A stretch of DNA of 59,945 nt, the filler included, from Asterionella formosa (lineage: Eukaryota), in the NCBI GenBank assembly GCA_002256025.1. It is 13 parts of 13 records of this genome, joined end to end, with 100 filler letters (N's around TTAATTAATTAA, not from the genome) between each part and the next. Parts side by side here need not be neighbours in the genome. Positions count along the whole stretch, not along the records: positions 41,612 to 46,125 come from NKIB01013484.1; positions 46,226 to 50,737 come from NKIB01013485.1; positions 50,838 to 55,342 come from NKIB01013486.1; positions 55,443 to 59,945 come from NKIB01013487.1; 9 more parts are not named here. One strand, given 5' to 3'. A program made the translations under genes and the position numbers. The notes below the pieces were generated by a model that was given only the letters and a program-made list of their open reading frames with translations, was not told the origin of the DNA and searched no databases. Shown here in pieces: positions 44,220 to 56,782 of the stretch. Position 1 is the stretch's first letter. The number at the start of each line of letters is the position of its first letter.

Positions 44220-46225
44220 TAGGATTTGGATTCCAGGGCAATAGCATCGCAAAAGTTGTTGTACATAACTAGATATGGCTAAATAAATTGTTTCTCTACT
44301 ACATTATCATGCTAATGGAAAATTACCCCAACATTAGCTATAGCCAACCGCACAATTTTGATTTCCTCAAAAATGACATAAACTGATCACCATTCCTAGA
44401 TGTTGCAGTTTGTGTGCATCAGACCTCATATATAAACTGGCTGGTTACCACCCACCAGTTTAAGTCATTATTACGAAAATTAGTAGTACATCTGGTCGAT
44501 TGTTTTGACAACGTCTTCGTCACATACTAGGGGCAATAATTTTTTCTTAAGTAATTTCTTTTTAATATTTTATTAGTTTACATGCAAACCACCTTTATGC
44601 TTAAATTCACTTGCCTGATTGGCCATTTGGATGGGTGAGAAACACCAGCCAACACGTAAATTTCATTGCTGTATCATCAGCATCAAGCAACAAAAACAAA
44701 AATGGTCACTGCATGTAATCCCAACATGCCTACCAGTACTCCATCCAATCTTCTGGTAGAGTTTTGATACTACAAAGCATCTGTTTCGAGGATAGAGCTT
44801 TGGTGGAGGCCTGCCATTAGTCAGAGAAGTAAAGATTGTGGAGGAGAAGGTAAGCCCATTGCGACTGGTGTCAGAGTTATCACAATCCCTGGCACCTTCA
44901 TTGTTGATTGTCAACTGTCATTGTTGCTTGAATTTCCTCTAATGATATGCATGCCTTCTTTCATAAACCTCCTGAAGTAGACACAGTTTGCGATTTAGTG
45001 CAACATGAAGACATACAGAAGGCATGAAGAGGAAAATCTTGGCAATGGAGACTTGGGTGTATCTTTGAACTATTATCATGTTTGGAGGCAGACTGGAGTG
45101 GTGATTTGGGATTGCTGTATAGGAAGAAGGAGGCTGTTAGGTGCAGCAGGTGGATACACTTGGAAGTAAATTTGCCTGCTGTCCCATGAGGTGTCCAGCC
45201 AGCCATATTCAACAATCTTCCAATTTCACCATTCATTGGGAGATGACAAACGATTCACTCTATAGGTTCATAGAAATTGAATTTACAACTTTAGACTTCT
45301 TCAAAGTTTTAAATCAATCAATGGATGTCGTGAAATGTTAAAATATTCGACTATAGAGAAAAGTGAAGAAACAAAAAAATATAAAATTCCCCAAATAACC
45401 ATTGGTTTACATGAAATTCCCGTTGGCGACATAGCGGAACAAAATTTGCATCGTCAGTCACGAGGACTGCTCCATGTGTTGCATATCACAGTGACATCAT
45501 CAGTCGGAGTCTCAAATGAGATTCCAGTGTAAACACAGGTATGCCTATGTACGTACAAGATACCACGTACAGTAGTGCATAGAAGAGGCACGACTACATA
45601 GAGCGCGCTGCCTGCCTATGACATCACCACACGAAAAGTGTGACAGCTTTTGTACTAAGGTACCTGGTGCTGGAATTCAGTAAAACATTCGGTACACTAC
45701 CGGGTATGTTACCAGGTACCGGACCAACAAAATCCTAATCGGTCGTCGGCCGGACCTGACTTGACACCATCTTGACACCAGCGTATTTTCAATAGTGAAG
45801 AGTGTCGTACGTACCTGCATCTTTGTTATGTACCGGTACTGTGCTTGACACCTCGACAATTTATGGTGACATTGTGTACCCGGTATTTATATATCAATGT
45901 ACATGTGGTCATAAAGGGTCTCCTAAATACAATCATACGTAAGAATAATCATCCAAGGGAGCTCTGGGTGTAAACTACTACCCGGTATGTACCTGTGTGC
46001 GTACCCCCGATGACGAAAAGGATGCCAAGATGATCGCCATATTAAAATTACACAATCGCGCACCTGCTTCTCAATTGTCACCTTCAATCGAATAAATACT
46101 GTAGGCGACAAAGTAGGTACCAGGTNNNNNNNNNNNNNNNNNNNNNNNNNNNNNNNNNNNNNNNNNNNNTTAATTAATTAANNNNNNNNNNNNNNNNNNN
46201 NNNNNNNNNNNNNNNNNNNNNNNNN

Positions 46226-47200
46226 TCAATCTTATAAGTTTGTTTAACTATTTGATATCTCATCAGGCATCCAGGTTATTCAAAGCAGCAACCTGATGGA
46301 GTGAATTCAATACAAATGAATAGTAGCTATGGTGGCAAGAATTCCATTATGCACTCCGCCATCATTGAACAGGGATCTGACTTTTTTCCTTGGAAGCTTA
46401 ATACTTCAGGTGAGCGACGGTGGATAACGACTTCAGGTGAGCGACATTCATGCCGGCATGATTGTTCTCCATTCTTAGTGGTTAAAAGCACTACCTTGAA
46501 CTCGATCGGAATTGATTGATGACCTTGAACCAAGAGGAGCTAACACCAAAGTTAAGATCAAGAGCGACCTTGCTTCGGAAACATGATTTTCCAGGCAGTA
46601 TGAAATTGAAACTACAAGAGAAGTAATAAAAATCAAGAAAGGCTGGTGGGAAGGCAAGGCAAAAGGACGAATGCAAGTCTTGTGGTGGGAAAGTGGGCGA
46701 GTTGATTGATGGCAAAAAATACCTTAATACACTCTGTATAGGCGGCAAGATGCATATGAAATTGTCAACCTTGATTCAAGTTGAGACACATCATGTCAAG
46801 AACATGAACTGTCTCCTTGAAAGAGAAAGGAATTATGAACACAATAGGACCAAGCTTGGAGACGAGGTCATCTTGATACGTGTGCCTGTGCCAAATGGGC
46901 CAAAACCTGTCACTGAAGAAGAAAAAAGGGACGAGCAATGGATTTCATGGCTAGTGCTAGATCATGACCATCAGAGGAAGGGATGTCGACTTCGAGATTA
47001 AGAATGATTTTCAAGATGAGCTCGTCAGTTCATATTGGCTTACCATCATGTCATGCTATTGACTCTGGCCAATTCAAGTAAGCGCCACAGCAGCAGTGAT
47101 CTCAACATGGTCCAGTGGCAATCGAAGGCATTGTGAAGAACATGAAAACTCAGGTGCATCGATATACCTTGGACTTCGATTAAAAACTTGTGATGAATGT
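46226..47200 (+). pseudogene. Highly decayed C-terminal fragment of an IS630-Tc1-mariner-like transposase, same family as 56783-59404
   Basis: Frameshifted remnants of 'GWEGKAKG..QVLWE.G.LIDGKKY' (about 46640-46725) and 'KT..HRYTLDFD' (about 47145-47180). Confidence 0.6.
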
Positions 47201-50200
47201 CAATCGATTGAGCGATTGCTTATTATGTTGTAGTGTGATGGTAAACATTACATAATACATACATCTATAGATGTATACCAATAGTGTATTTATACTTACA
47301 ATATTCTCAATGTTAGAAATCTGTCTGTTATCAGACTATCATTGATTTTGCCTTGGCTGTTACAGTTTTGCAATCAGAGCAACAGAAAATGATGAACATA
47401 AAATGCATTAATATTGCTGGTACATCATCCTATGATGAAACTTAACGACATGAACATAATGAAAGTTGCTACATATAATAATTGAATAGGCATAGTCGAA
47501 ACGGTCACTATTTCAATTTATGACTTTAATTATCGTACTTTTTAGAATATATATTAAAATAATATGACCAGATAATCATCAGGCCATCACAGGATGATGC
47601 ATCTTATGAATATGATTTTTTTTATTTTCAGACTTTATTCTAGTGCTTTGGGTGTGAAATCAATGTTTTCGAACGTGATTTAAGTTTCCAAAGAAATTCG
47701 TCTGCGTCCCAAAAATCGACGATGTTTCTGAATGTGACTAGAAATAGTTTTAATTTCGGAAATTCAGAACCTGGAGGACTCAAGTTTACGACATGACAAG
47801 GAATGATTTTTGGTAAAGAGTCACAGGAAATTTTAGTTATGAGTCAGTTTCCGCAGCGGGGAGCAATGATGGCTTTATACTAGACCTCCTAATTAAATTT
47901 TAATAGTTCTACATCGCAAATTTTTCTAATATATATTATTAAAAGGCTATTTATGATATGTAATTGTGCAGGTACAGCTATGTCCTCTTGTAATTGATTG
48001 GTATCATGTCTACTCTCTTCATCTTGTTATAGTTATTGCAATGCAGTCGTTGCATCACCTGGATCCAACAGGGTGCGACCGAACTTTTCATAACAATGAA
48101 ATCATGTTGTTTTGTCATGAATATCTGCTTTTTCATGCGAATGACCACCGCAAAGAGCATGAATGCTATAAACAAATCCAGGGAAGTTATGTGCCGATTA
48201 CCTTTTCTTGTATCTCCTTCACTATGCATCTTTTCTGAGTAGCACAAACTATTTCTTCATTGTCTGACATGATATTTTGATGTGGCGGTGGGTCGCTTCT
48301 ATAGGCAGGTATATTGTTGACTGTTGCTGCTTGTTCTCAATTGATATTCATACTAATTGAGTCGGAACCCCTACTTTTCCTAAATTTCACAAGAAATTGA
48401 CATGAGTTCTCAGGGTATTCACAGCGCTTTATCTTTAATCCTCCTTGCATGCAGCCGGTGGTACTATTCTCACGATATGTATTGGCTTTCTACCGTTGAG
48501 GACGATGCTGTGGCTAGATTGGCTAATTAGGATTTTTTGCTAACAAAGAGTTAACAGCAAAAACTGGAAGTAGCAATTTTAGACGTTTGCACAATGTCTT
48601 CTGTGCCATGTGTGTATTGGAAAGCAAAGTAGGGGAGTTGATATTAATTCATCACTCTTCACAGTTTATCATAAATTTGGAATGTGCTGCCAATGACAAC
48701 CAATACAAATAACTCGTATCATTCCACTATATGGCACACTGTGCACTCAGTCTTTAAATATATATGTAGGTAAAGTTCCTCTTGCTTGAATTGATCATCA
48801 ATGCAGCAGTCCAACCTCATCAAATATATGGAAGCTACTTTGGTACCATTTCTCTGAACAAGCCAACGCCACCAGATTAGATTTGCCAGTGCAGGAGCGA
48901 TGCCAAATAGCACAGAATTCGGTGAATTCACAATGGCCATCAAAGCGGTACAATTCACTTGATGAGTAGTCAAAGAAATGATTATTGAAATATTGTACTG
49001 TATTATTATTGGAACTAAATGTATGGCATCATCAAGACGAAGACATGTTACTAATTTGTCTTCATCAATCCCTAGTTGCACATTCCGGTGATACTTGATG
49101 CAGGAGTGGCAAAAATAATAGAGGCAACAGCTGAGCCAAGAAGGCGAGCAGACTGACTGGTTCTTCTTGATTTTCCAACTTCTGCTGGAAAACTTGAGCT
49201 TCCGTAGCTAAAGCTCAATTTGAATTTGTTCTAAATCAAGGGGCTTCTCCTGAAGATTCAGAAGTTTTTTTTGTCTAAGCAACTCATGCTTCACTCTGCC
49301 ACAATTCAGTTTTTGCTGAGGAAATGTAGATGATCAAATAACTTGAATAGCCTTCCGGTTCGGTTTGCCATATATGGTTGCCTTTGACGATTCTGATTCT
49401 TTGTTGTTTATTGGTAGATGTTTGGACAAGCATTGTTTCAATTGATTTTCAAATTTCTTGCAACCCATTGGACAAATCATAAAAAGCCGTATAAAAACAT
49501 GTATAGGACAATGTATCCCAACTTTCGAACAGAAACAACAATTGTGGTAAGGGCTGCTGACTGCTGTCTTATTCCTTCCCCACCCTGAATGTAAATTCGA
49601 CTAATAGACTTGCTCTCTCCAACCCTGCATGGAGCAAAATGCGCTTGGCAGTGTCGTGAGCAGATAGTCGCCATTCTTGCACCATGTGACCAGTTTTGTT
49701 GGCAATTAAACAAGTTGCAATGATGATAACTGCTGTTGAGGCATCCCTCCTCCAAAATTCGTTTCCGTTGTTGCCATTAGAGATAAAAATGGTGTCGTTG
49801 TTGATTAATTTAATTACATGAGATAAAAATATTTATAAAATTAGTGTTGCTTAACGCTGTATCTGCAGCAATACACACAGATACACATTTCGAAGCAACA
49901 AATAATGTGTTGCCAGAAGCAACCTACCACCTGGATGTTGGAGAAACAAAAAATTGGGCTGAGCACCACTTTTTAAATTTTTGTTTCTCTGTCAAGACCT
50001 GCCCTTTTAGCAGTACTACCATCAGTTACATTATGCATTTGAATCATACGATCGTACAAAATTGAACGCTGTTCATACATCATGTTTTTGGTGAGAAAAG
50101 CAAGCTAGAGAGGGGAATAAACGTCAGCGTGGAAAAAAGGGGAGAATTTCTCCCCCAAAATGTAGGAGAATCTCGTACATTCTCCTTATTTTTCCACGCT

Positions 50201-51774
50201 TGTTCTGTGATGTTCATGTCATGGAGAAGCAACATGAAAATGCGACAAAGTGATTGGCGAATTTAATCGCAATGTCGTTTATGTTCCTGAATATGTATTA
50301 TATGATGTATATAGATAGTTTTATTATTGACAGATCAGCGAGGCGAGCCGTTTCTTTTGCCCCATCGTGTTTTTCCTTCGAGAAAGTAAAACTTCAAACA
50401 TAAAAATCATTCTTCTGTTGTAATCAAATAATGTAAGTCGAAAAGGGAAAGGGAAACGGAAAGGAACGACAAAAGTGTTGGAGGAGTATCGAAAGGAAAC
50501 ATTCAGAAGGGGGACGCTTCCAGGATGCATTCACATGCGTGGTCGCTTGGATTCATTGATGGCGCGCCTTTTTCCAAATCCATTTGTCCTGTGGCCTCTT
50601 TTCAAAATCCTCATTGGCTTCTGAATTATTGTCGCGTATCGCTCATTTCTCACGCAGCTGCCATGTCCACCTTGCCAATCCTTACAGATATATCTTCACA
50701 ATTAATCTACCATGTCAAAGTCAGTTACTGATTTCGANNNNNNNNNNNNNNNNNNNNNNNNNNNNNNNNNNNNNNNNNNNNTTAATTAATTAANNNNNNN
50801 NNNNNNNNNNNNNNNNNNNNNNNNNNNNNNNNNNNNNTGAATGCCGACAGCCCTCGACGGCTTTTCACAACGGCGCTGCAAATGGAATCTAGCGACATTG
50901 GGAGCGAGTTATTCGGGTTGAGCAGTGTAAGCTGAAGGAGCAACAGAACTGAGTCAACAAGTCCGTAGAAATGTTAACAAGGAAAATGTATGTCAGTAGA
51001 GATTGTTTACAGGTTACAAGAGGGAGTACGAGGTATCAGGTACCTGGTACCAGTACCTTGGCCAAGTTGCGATACATTTGCTTGTGCTATTCTGCAACCG
51101 GTAAGTGCACTGGATGTACATAGCATGTCTAAAAAGGATAGTTCGTAGATATCTTCAAACTTATCTAAGCTAACTAAATAGCTTAGCTCGATGCAACTGG
51201 TAAGTACCAGGTACGAGGTACCAGGGTAATTATGGATTCATGTCGCACCATGCCGGCCGGCTACATAACACCTATCGAGTTCTCACAACTTTGCTGGGTA
51301 ACTTGGCATATACCGGTAGGTCAACAACATGGCTGAACTTTTCTGCATGATAATCCCATGAACTTTCTACACGACCACGATAGTATTTAGCTATACATAT
51401 ACAGATGTTCTCTCACTATCGGTGGACCGCCAGCTACGTAGAAACCATTTAGAGTAGTCTAGTCCCAGCAGGAACCTGATACATGGTATGTCTGTCTGGG
51501 AGTACATGGTACATATAGGATTGTGCGCATGTAAACAAATACTAACTTTCTTGGATCAACCGGCGCATGTGCTGGACCATCATAGCCAGTGTACATTTAT
51601 TTCAATAAAAGTGCACCTGTATATAACAGCCGGGCGATGAGAAGGCGGGACGCACGTTAGCCGGCCGGTAAGTCGTACGGTCTTGGTTATTTATTGCAGC
51701 TGGTGCCCCTGGCACCAGTGGTGGTGGAAGATTTGAATTTCAACAGCACTTGCGATGATTCCTATGAAAACCAC

Positions 51775-52072
51775 GCAAATGTTATCATATGCAATTTTGC
51801 TAGTCATAAGCGATCGGCCAATGAGAGACATTTGAAATTGTCATCATTCACAAGGCGGCATGCTAATAATACCTGGATGAATCATGTTGGCAGCATTGGC
51901 CGGTCTGTTGCTTACTACATAGAGGCAAATGTTGTCATGTGCAATTTTGCTTGTCATAAGCGATCGGCCAATGAGACATTTGAAATTGTCATCATTCACA
52001 AAGCGGCATGCTGATAATACCTTGATGAATCATATTGGCAGCATTGGCCGGTCTGTTGCTTACTACATAGAG
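51775..52072. repeat. Tandem duplication of a 150/148-bp unit
   Basis: 51775-51924 and 51925-52072 are near-identical (gcaaatgtt...ttactacatagag). Confidence 0.95.
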
Positions 52073-53201
52073 AAATATAACATACAGACTTTTTATGTAT
52101 GATGCTCAGGTAGCAGTATGCTATGCTGTGTACCGGTCTATGATTTACTCCTTGGTTGCATGAAGGCACTCAAGTACCTGCAAGTTGCGGTAATTGTGTT
52201 ACATAAACCAAAACTTTAGCTATTTGTATACCATATAAAATTGTTTATTAAGGTTGCGGCCCCGGCTTTACCATAGTTTTGAGAAAACGTCGCAAGGGTT
52301 GTATAAACGCGGTGGAACAGGGAGTTTCCTACTATGAATTCCCATGATTCGAGTGTCGATTTGAATATTTGAATAAGACAGGAATCGGCGCCAGATTGAT
52401 AGAGTTCCAATTTAAACAAACAAAAATGATGATATTTAAACGTTACTACTTTATCTAAGTTGCTGGATGTAGATGTGATTTTCTCAAAGCCAAACGCATG
52501 CCGGTTTATAAATAGGGAGCACTCTGGTACCGGTACCGGTATGCCAACATGCACGCTGATGGTTCGTGTTTATGCGTTATATTGAATCTACGCTGCTGGG
52601 TGTAGTTTCAATATTACAAAATGCATAAAGGTATGTAGAAAAATCAGTACCCGGTACCAGGTAACGGAGTACCAGGAAACCGTTATAACGGTACCTGAAA
52701 CCAGGGTACCAGGTAGTACATAATCTTGGTGCAAGCTTGATGATGGAAGACAGGATGAAACGACTGGTACGGTACCAGGTGCCGGTTCCTGGAACCAGGT
52801 AGTATTGATTTTACATACCGTGATACATTTCATCCAATACGTGTGGATCAAGTTTGGCTGGCGTGATTTTACAAGACCGGAATACTTCAGCCAATCTCAA
52901 GCAGGTGAGTAAATTCAATTCAACCAATCAGAATGCGTGAAGCGCCGAGGGAACTTACCCTGGAGTCTTTTCGGACTGAGAATTAAGCAGCAAAACATAC
53001 CTACGCAAGACTCTAAGTTTACAAGAACGTTTTAGCACATACAAATTCCGATTCCAGTATTTTGGCGACTGTTGAAAAAGCCAATCGGATTGACTTTTTC
53101 GAGGAGGGTTGCTCTATATCTGCGGGGTTTCATGAAGATGAAAGTAGATATTCGTGTCCCTATAATGTCAGGAGTTAACTTCTGGAGAGAAACTGCAGTT
53201 A

Positions 53202-54123
53202 GGCCGTTGCTAACCGTTGACCCAAACCAAAACCCAAAAACTTTTTTTGGATTGGTTTTGGTTTTGGTCAACTGACGAAAAAACGATGCTATCGGTTTTT
53301 GGGAAATCCTAAATGCTGTCAACCACCCATCTACTGTGACGTAGGATGACAAAACCATTATAAAAAAAGTAAAATATTTCTATTAGACTACTTTTATAAA
53401 TGAAATATTATGATTCCTATTTGGGAATTAGTTAGTTTTCCCCGCAATTTACTGGTAGTGCCGTATATATATAAATACTCTGACCACACTTCTTCATGAT
53501 GAAATACAACTGACAGCAGTTTCAGCAACCCAGACAGAATTGAATGCCACAAACAAAAACAATGGTGTCTTGGTACAAACGAATTGGCGATGCGCCATTA
53601 CCTGCAACAAAACATCTACTGATTACTTACCAGATATATTGATACAATGAGACATGGCGATGCACCAGTCCCAGTTGCCGGAGCGATACCGCCACCAGCA
53701 GCCTCAGTTGAAGAGGACGACGAAGATGAAGTCGTGGTGATAGAAGATTGATTTATGTGTTCCGCATAATAAATCGAAGTCGATTTGTTGTTGTTGTTAC
53801 CGTATAGCTATTGTTGTATATAGATATGATATACCGGTACCGGCATATGATGCGTCCTATATGTAGTGATTCTGCAACGATATTTATTGGGTTTCTAGTG
53901 ACTACATTCAAAGATCTCGATATGGAATCCTACGTTTAGGTAACTTTGGGAAAATAAAACCTAAACGTAATGCGTTTGGGTAACTTATTGGGATATGGGC
54001 ACGGAATCCCCTAAACGTAATGCGTTTGTTTTGGGTTTTTCACTCCCGTTAGCATCGTTTTTTAGGGTTACCGAAACCAAAACACTGTTTGGTTTGGGTT
54101 TTGGTCCACCTTTAGCAACGGCC
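53202..54123. mobile_element. 922-bp PIF/Harbinger-type non-autonomous element
   Basis: TIRs GGCCGTTGCTAA / TTAGCAACGGCC, TTA duplication (53199-53201 and 54124-54126), subterminal inverted motifs (AAAAAACGATGCTA / TAGCATCGTTTTTT; CCAAAAC/GTTTTGG arrays). Confidence 0.88.
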
Positions 54124-56782
54124 TTATGTATCGTAGATTTTTTGAAAAGCTTCGTAGGCTCTTTTTTGACTATTTTTGCAATAGTTACAATTCCACGATA
54201 CAAAACTGCAGTTTCTTTCCAGAAATGAGGTCTTTACCATATCCGAAGATAGAACATACCCCTAAGTCGACCCATGACAGTATCTAAGCAAGTGCAAAGT
54301 GGTCGTATTGGTGAAAGCTAATTTTACCTTTTATATTTAATGTACTTGTACATTACGTCTGGATTATTGGGAAAAACGGTCCCTGCATGCATTGTCTAAC
54401 TGCAGTGCCCCTTGCTGGTATGGAGTACTGCTCCCTCTGTTCTGGTATAGTTGCAACCAAAATTTAGGTCACTGCCTCTCATGAAGCGCATGCTCCGAAA
54501 ATTCTCCTGCTATTGGTATTAGCCCTTACAATTTAAATTATTCCGAATCTAGTGGTGTCTATAATAGATGATTTAAATGGCTAGTCAAGAATTAGGTGAA
54601 CCTGAACTTGATTTTTTGGCGCATTATTCATGCAATCATGCCCAGATTGGAATCTTTGCTCTGTACCCACAATTTCATTGACCCATTGTTAGTCAACAGA
54701 CATAAGAAGAGGGACATAACACTGAAACAGTGTCAATACATCACTGATTGCTCATTAAGCAACCTCAAAAGGGAGGCTGATGAGACTGTTCACAAACATG
54801 GCCAGCATAAATCTGGGCATGCACAACAGTTTAGCTACATTATTCAGTCAGTAGAACGAATTTTTTGTCCAGAAACGCATGCTTGTTACTTCATTTAGCT
54901 GTATCTCTTTGGTTGTAATTGCCGATATTACAAACACACACATACAGGTCAGTATGGTGGCCAACGAAAATCAATACTGTAGTAGCCCTAAACAATGCAC
55001 ATCAATTGCTATTATTTGGTTGCTAATTAGCATTATACTCACATACATGAATATACTAATCTAACCAATGTACCCATAGCCTGCATGATCTCTCATAGAA
55101 AATATATATTGCTTCTACAGATTGCTTCTTTCAAGGATGTGGATTAAGCCAAGTTAGTCACTGAGCTTGTTGCAACTATACTGGAACAGAGGGAGTACCT
55201 TATAACATATGAACAAATGCAACTACTGGGTAATTGGATATTGGAAAAATGGATTATTGCTGGATTGAAATCAGTCCACCCAAGAACCAGAAGCATTGAG
55301 ATGGGATGCAAGAAACATTTTCACTAGGAACCATATAAACATNNNNNNNNNNNNNNNNNNNNNNNNNNNNNNNNNNNNNNNNNNNNTTAATTAATTAANN
55401 NNNNNNNNNNNNNNNNNNNNNNNNNNNNNNNNNNNNNNNNNNGTTTGTTGTAGTATGTATGATGTGTTCCATGTCGAAAAGCTAAGTACATCTGATACAT
55501 TATGCATCCGATTTCTTGACAAAATGTGCAGTATTACAATTTTTTAAATTATTTTTCGATTATCATGTTACTAAGTAAAAAGAGTTATTGAAAATTTAGT
55601 TAGGAAAAGTTTTCTATCATTGATAGAAATTAATATTGATTTGCTACAAATTTAGTCAAAAAAAGTAATCACGAGTTCCCCCGACTAACTCATTATGCAT
55701 TTTCGGACACTTTTATGCAAAAGTCTAATGGACCCCTGAAAACTGGCAGAAAAAGTGGATTTCCATTGATACAGCTACCAATTTGATTAATTTGCTTGGA
55801 GCTTTGAATAAACTGAATGACTCCCTGCAGGCACAAGTTGATGGGGACAAAATCAAGCCAGAAACCTTGCTCAACATTCTTTTTAGGCCTCCAGTTAAGT
55901 GCAAAATCAAAAAAGTTTCAGAATTTGGGTAGCACTGTGTGCACCAAACCACAGTATGTGTCTTCACGGTAAACGCCAAGATTTCCATCAACGTCAACAA
56001 TACCAAAAAATGGTTGCGAAAGCTATTCCTCTACTTTGATTTCTCCACCAATGTTAAGGTTGTTGAACCATGGCATTCCAGGCATTACAACCATCCCCTA
56101 GGCCTGCTACCATTGGAGCACTTCATGACGTCTTCGCAGTGCTCGCCTCAGTAAACTGAAAAATACATTCTTGCATTTGATAGCAAGAAATATTGACTGA
56201 TTGTCAAAATAAATGGTTCTGAATGAGTGAGTGGCTACGTGTGGCAAATCAAGTTTGTTCGCTTGAGCAACGACGCATATTTCATTTTTCTGGTTCCGAA
56301 TTCCGTTTTGTACTTGGGTGGCTTGGAGATATGGTTGATGACTCCGGCTATATCAAAGTGGAATCCTCAGATGAGCATCATAATTACCATGCTGTAGTGG
56401 CGGTTTGCTCAGCTCTCCCAGCACGATTGGCATAGTCAGATGATGATGGCAAAAAGGTTGCTGAGGATTATCGATATATTTGTGTAAAGTACTATGGGCG
56501 TTCCGCCATCATTCCATGGGAACGACCTCTTGTCTGCTGCAAGACAGCTAGTAATGACTTTTTAAGTGGCAGAAGCTCTGTCGATGAAGCCCATTTAATG
56601 GAAAGCAACTGCTGATATTCATCAGAGGCCGACAAACTCTTTCCGCTGATTGATGGAGAGGAGTCTGCATATGATGCAGAAGTGGCAATTCAAAAGATTC
56701 TGTTAAAGGCTGCAAACAATAGCTAGCTGGGCAATGATGGGTTTGCTGGAAAATTCCGAGATTCATCATTTTAGCAGGCAAC

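Noticed and set aside
47950..49760. Decayed pogo-like transposase on the minus strand
   Set aside because: Only faint motif-like fragments; too degraded to support without a profile search.
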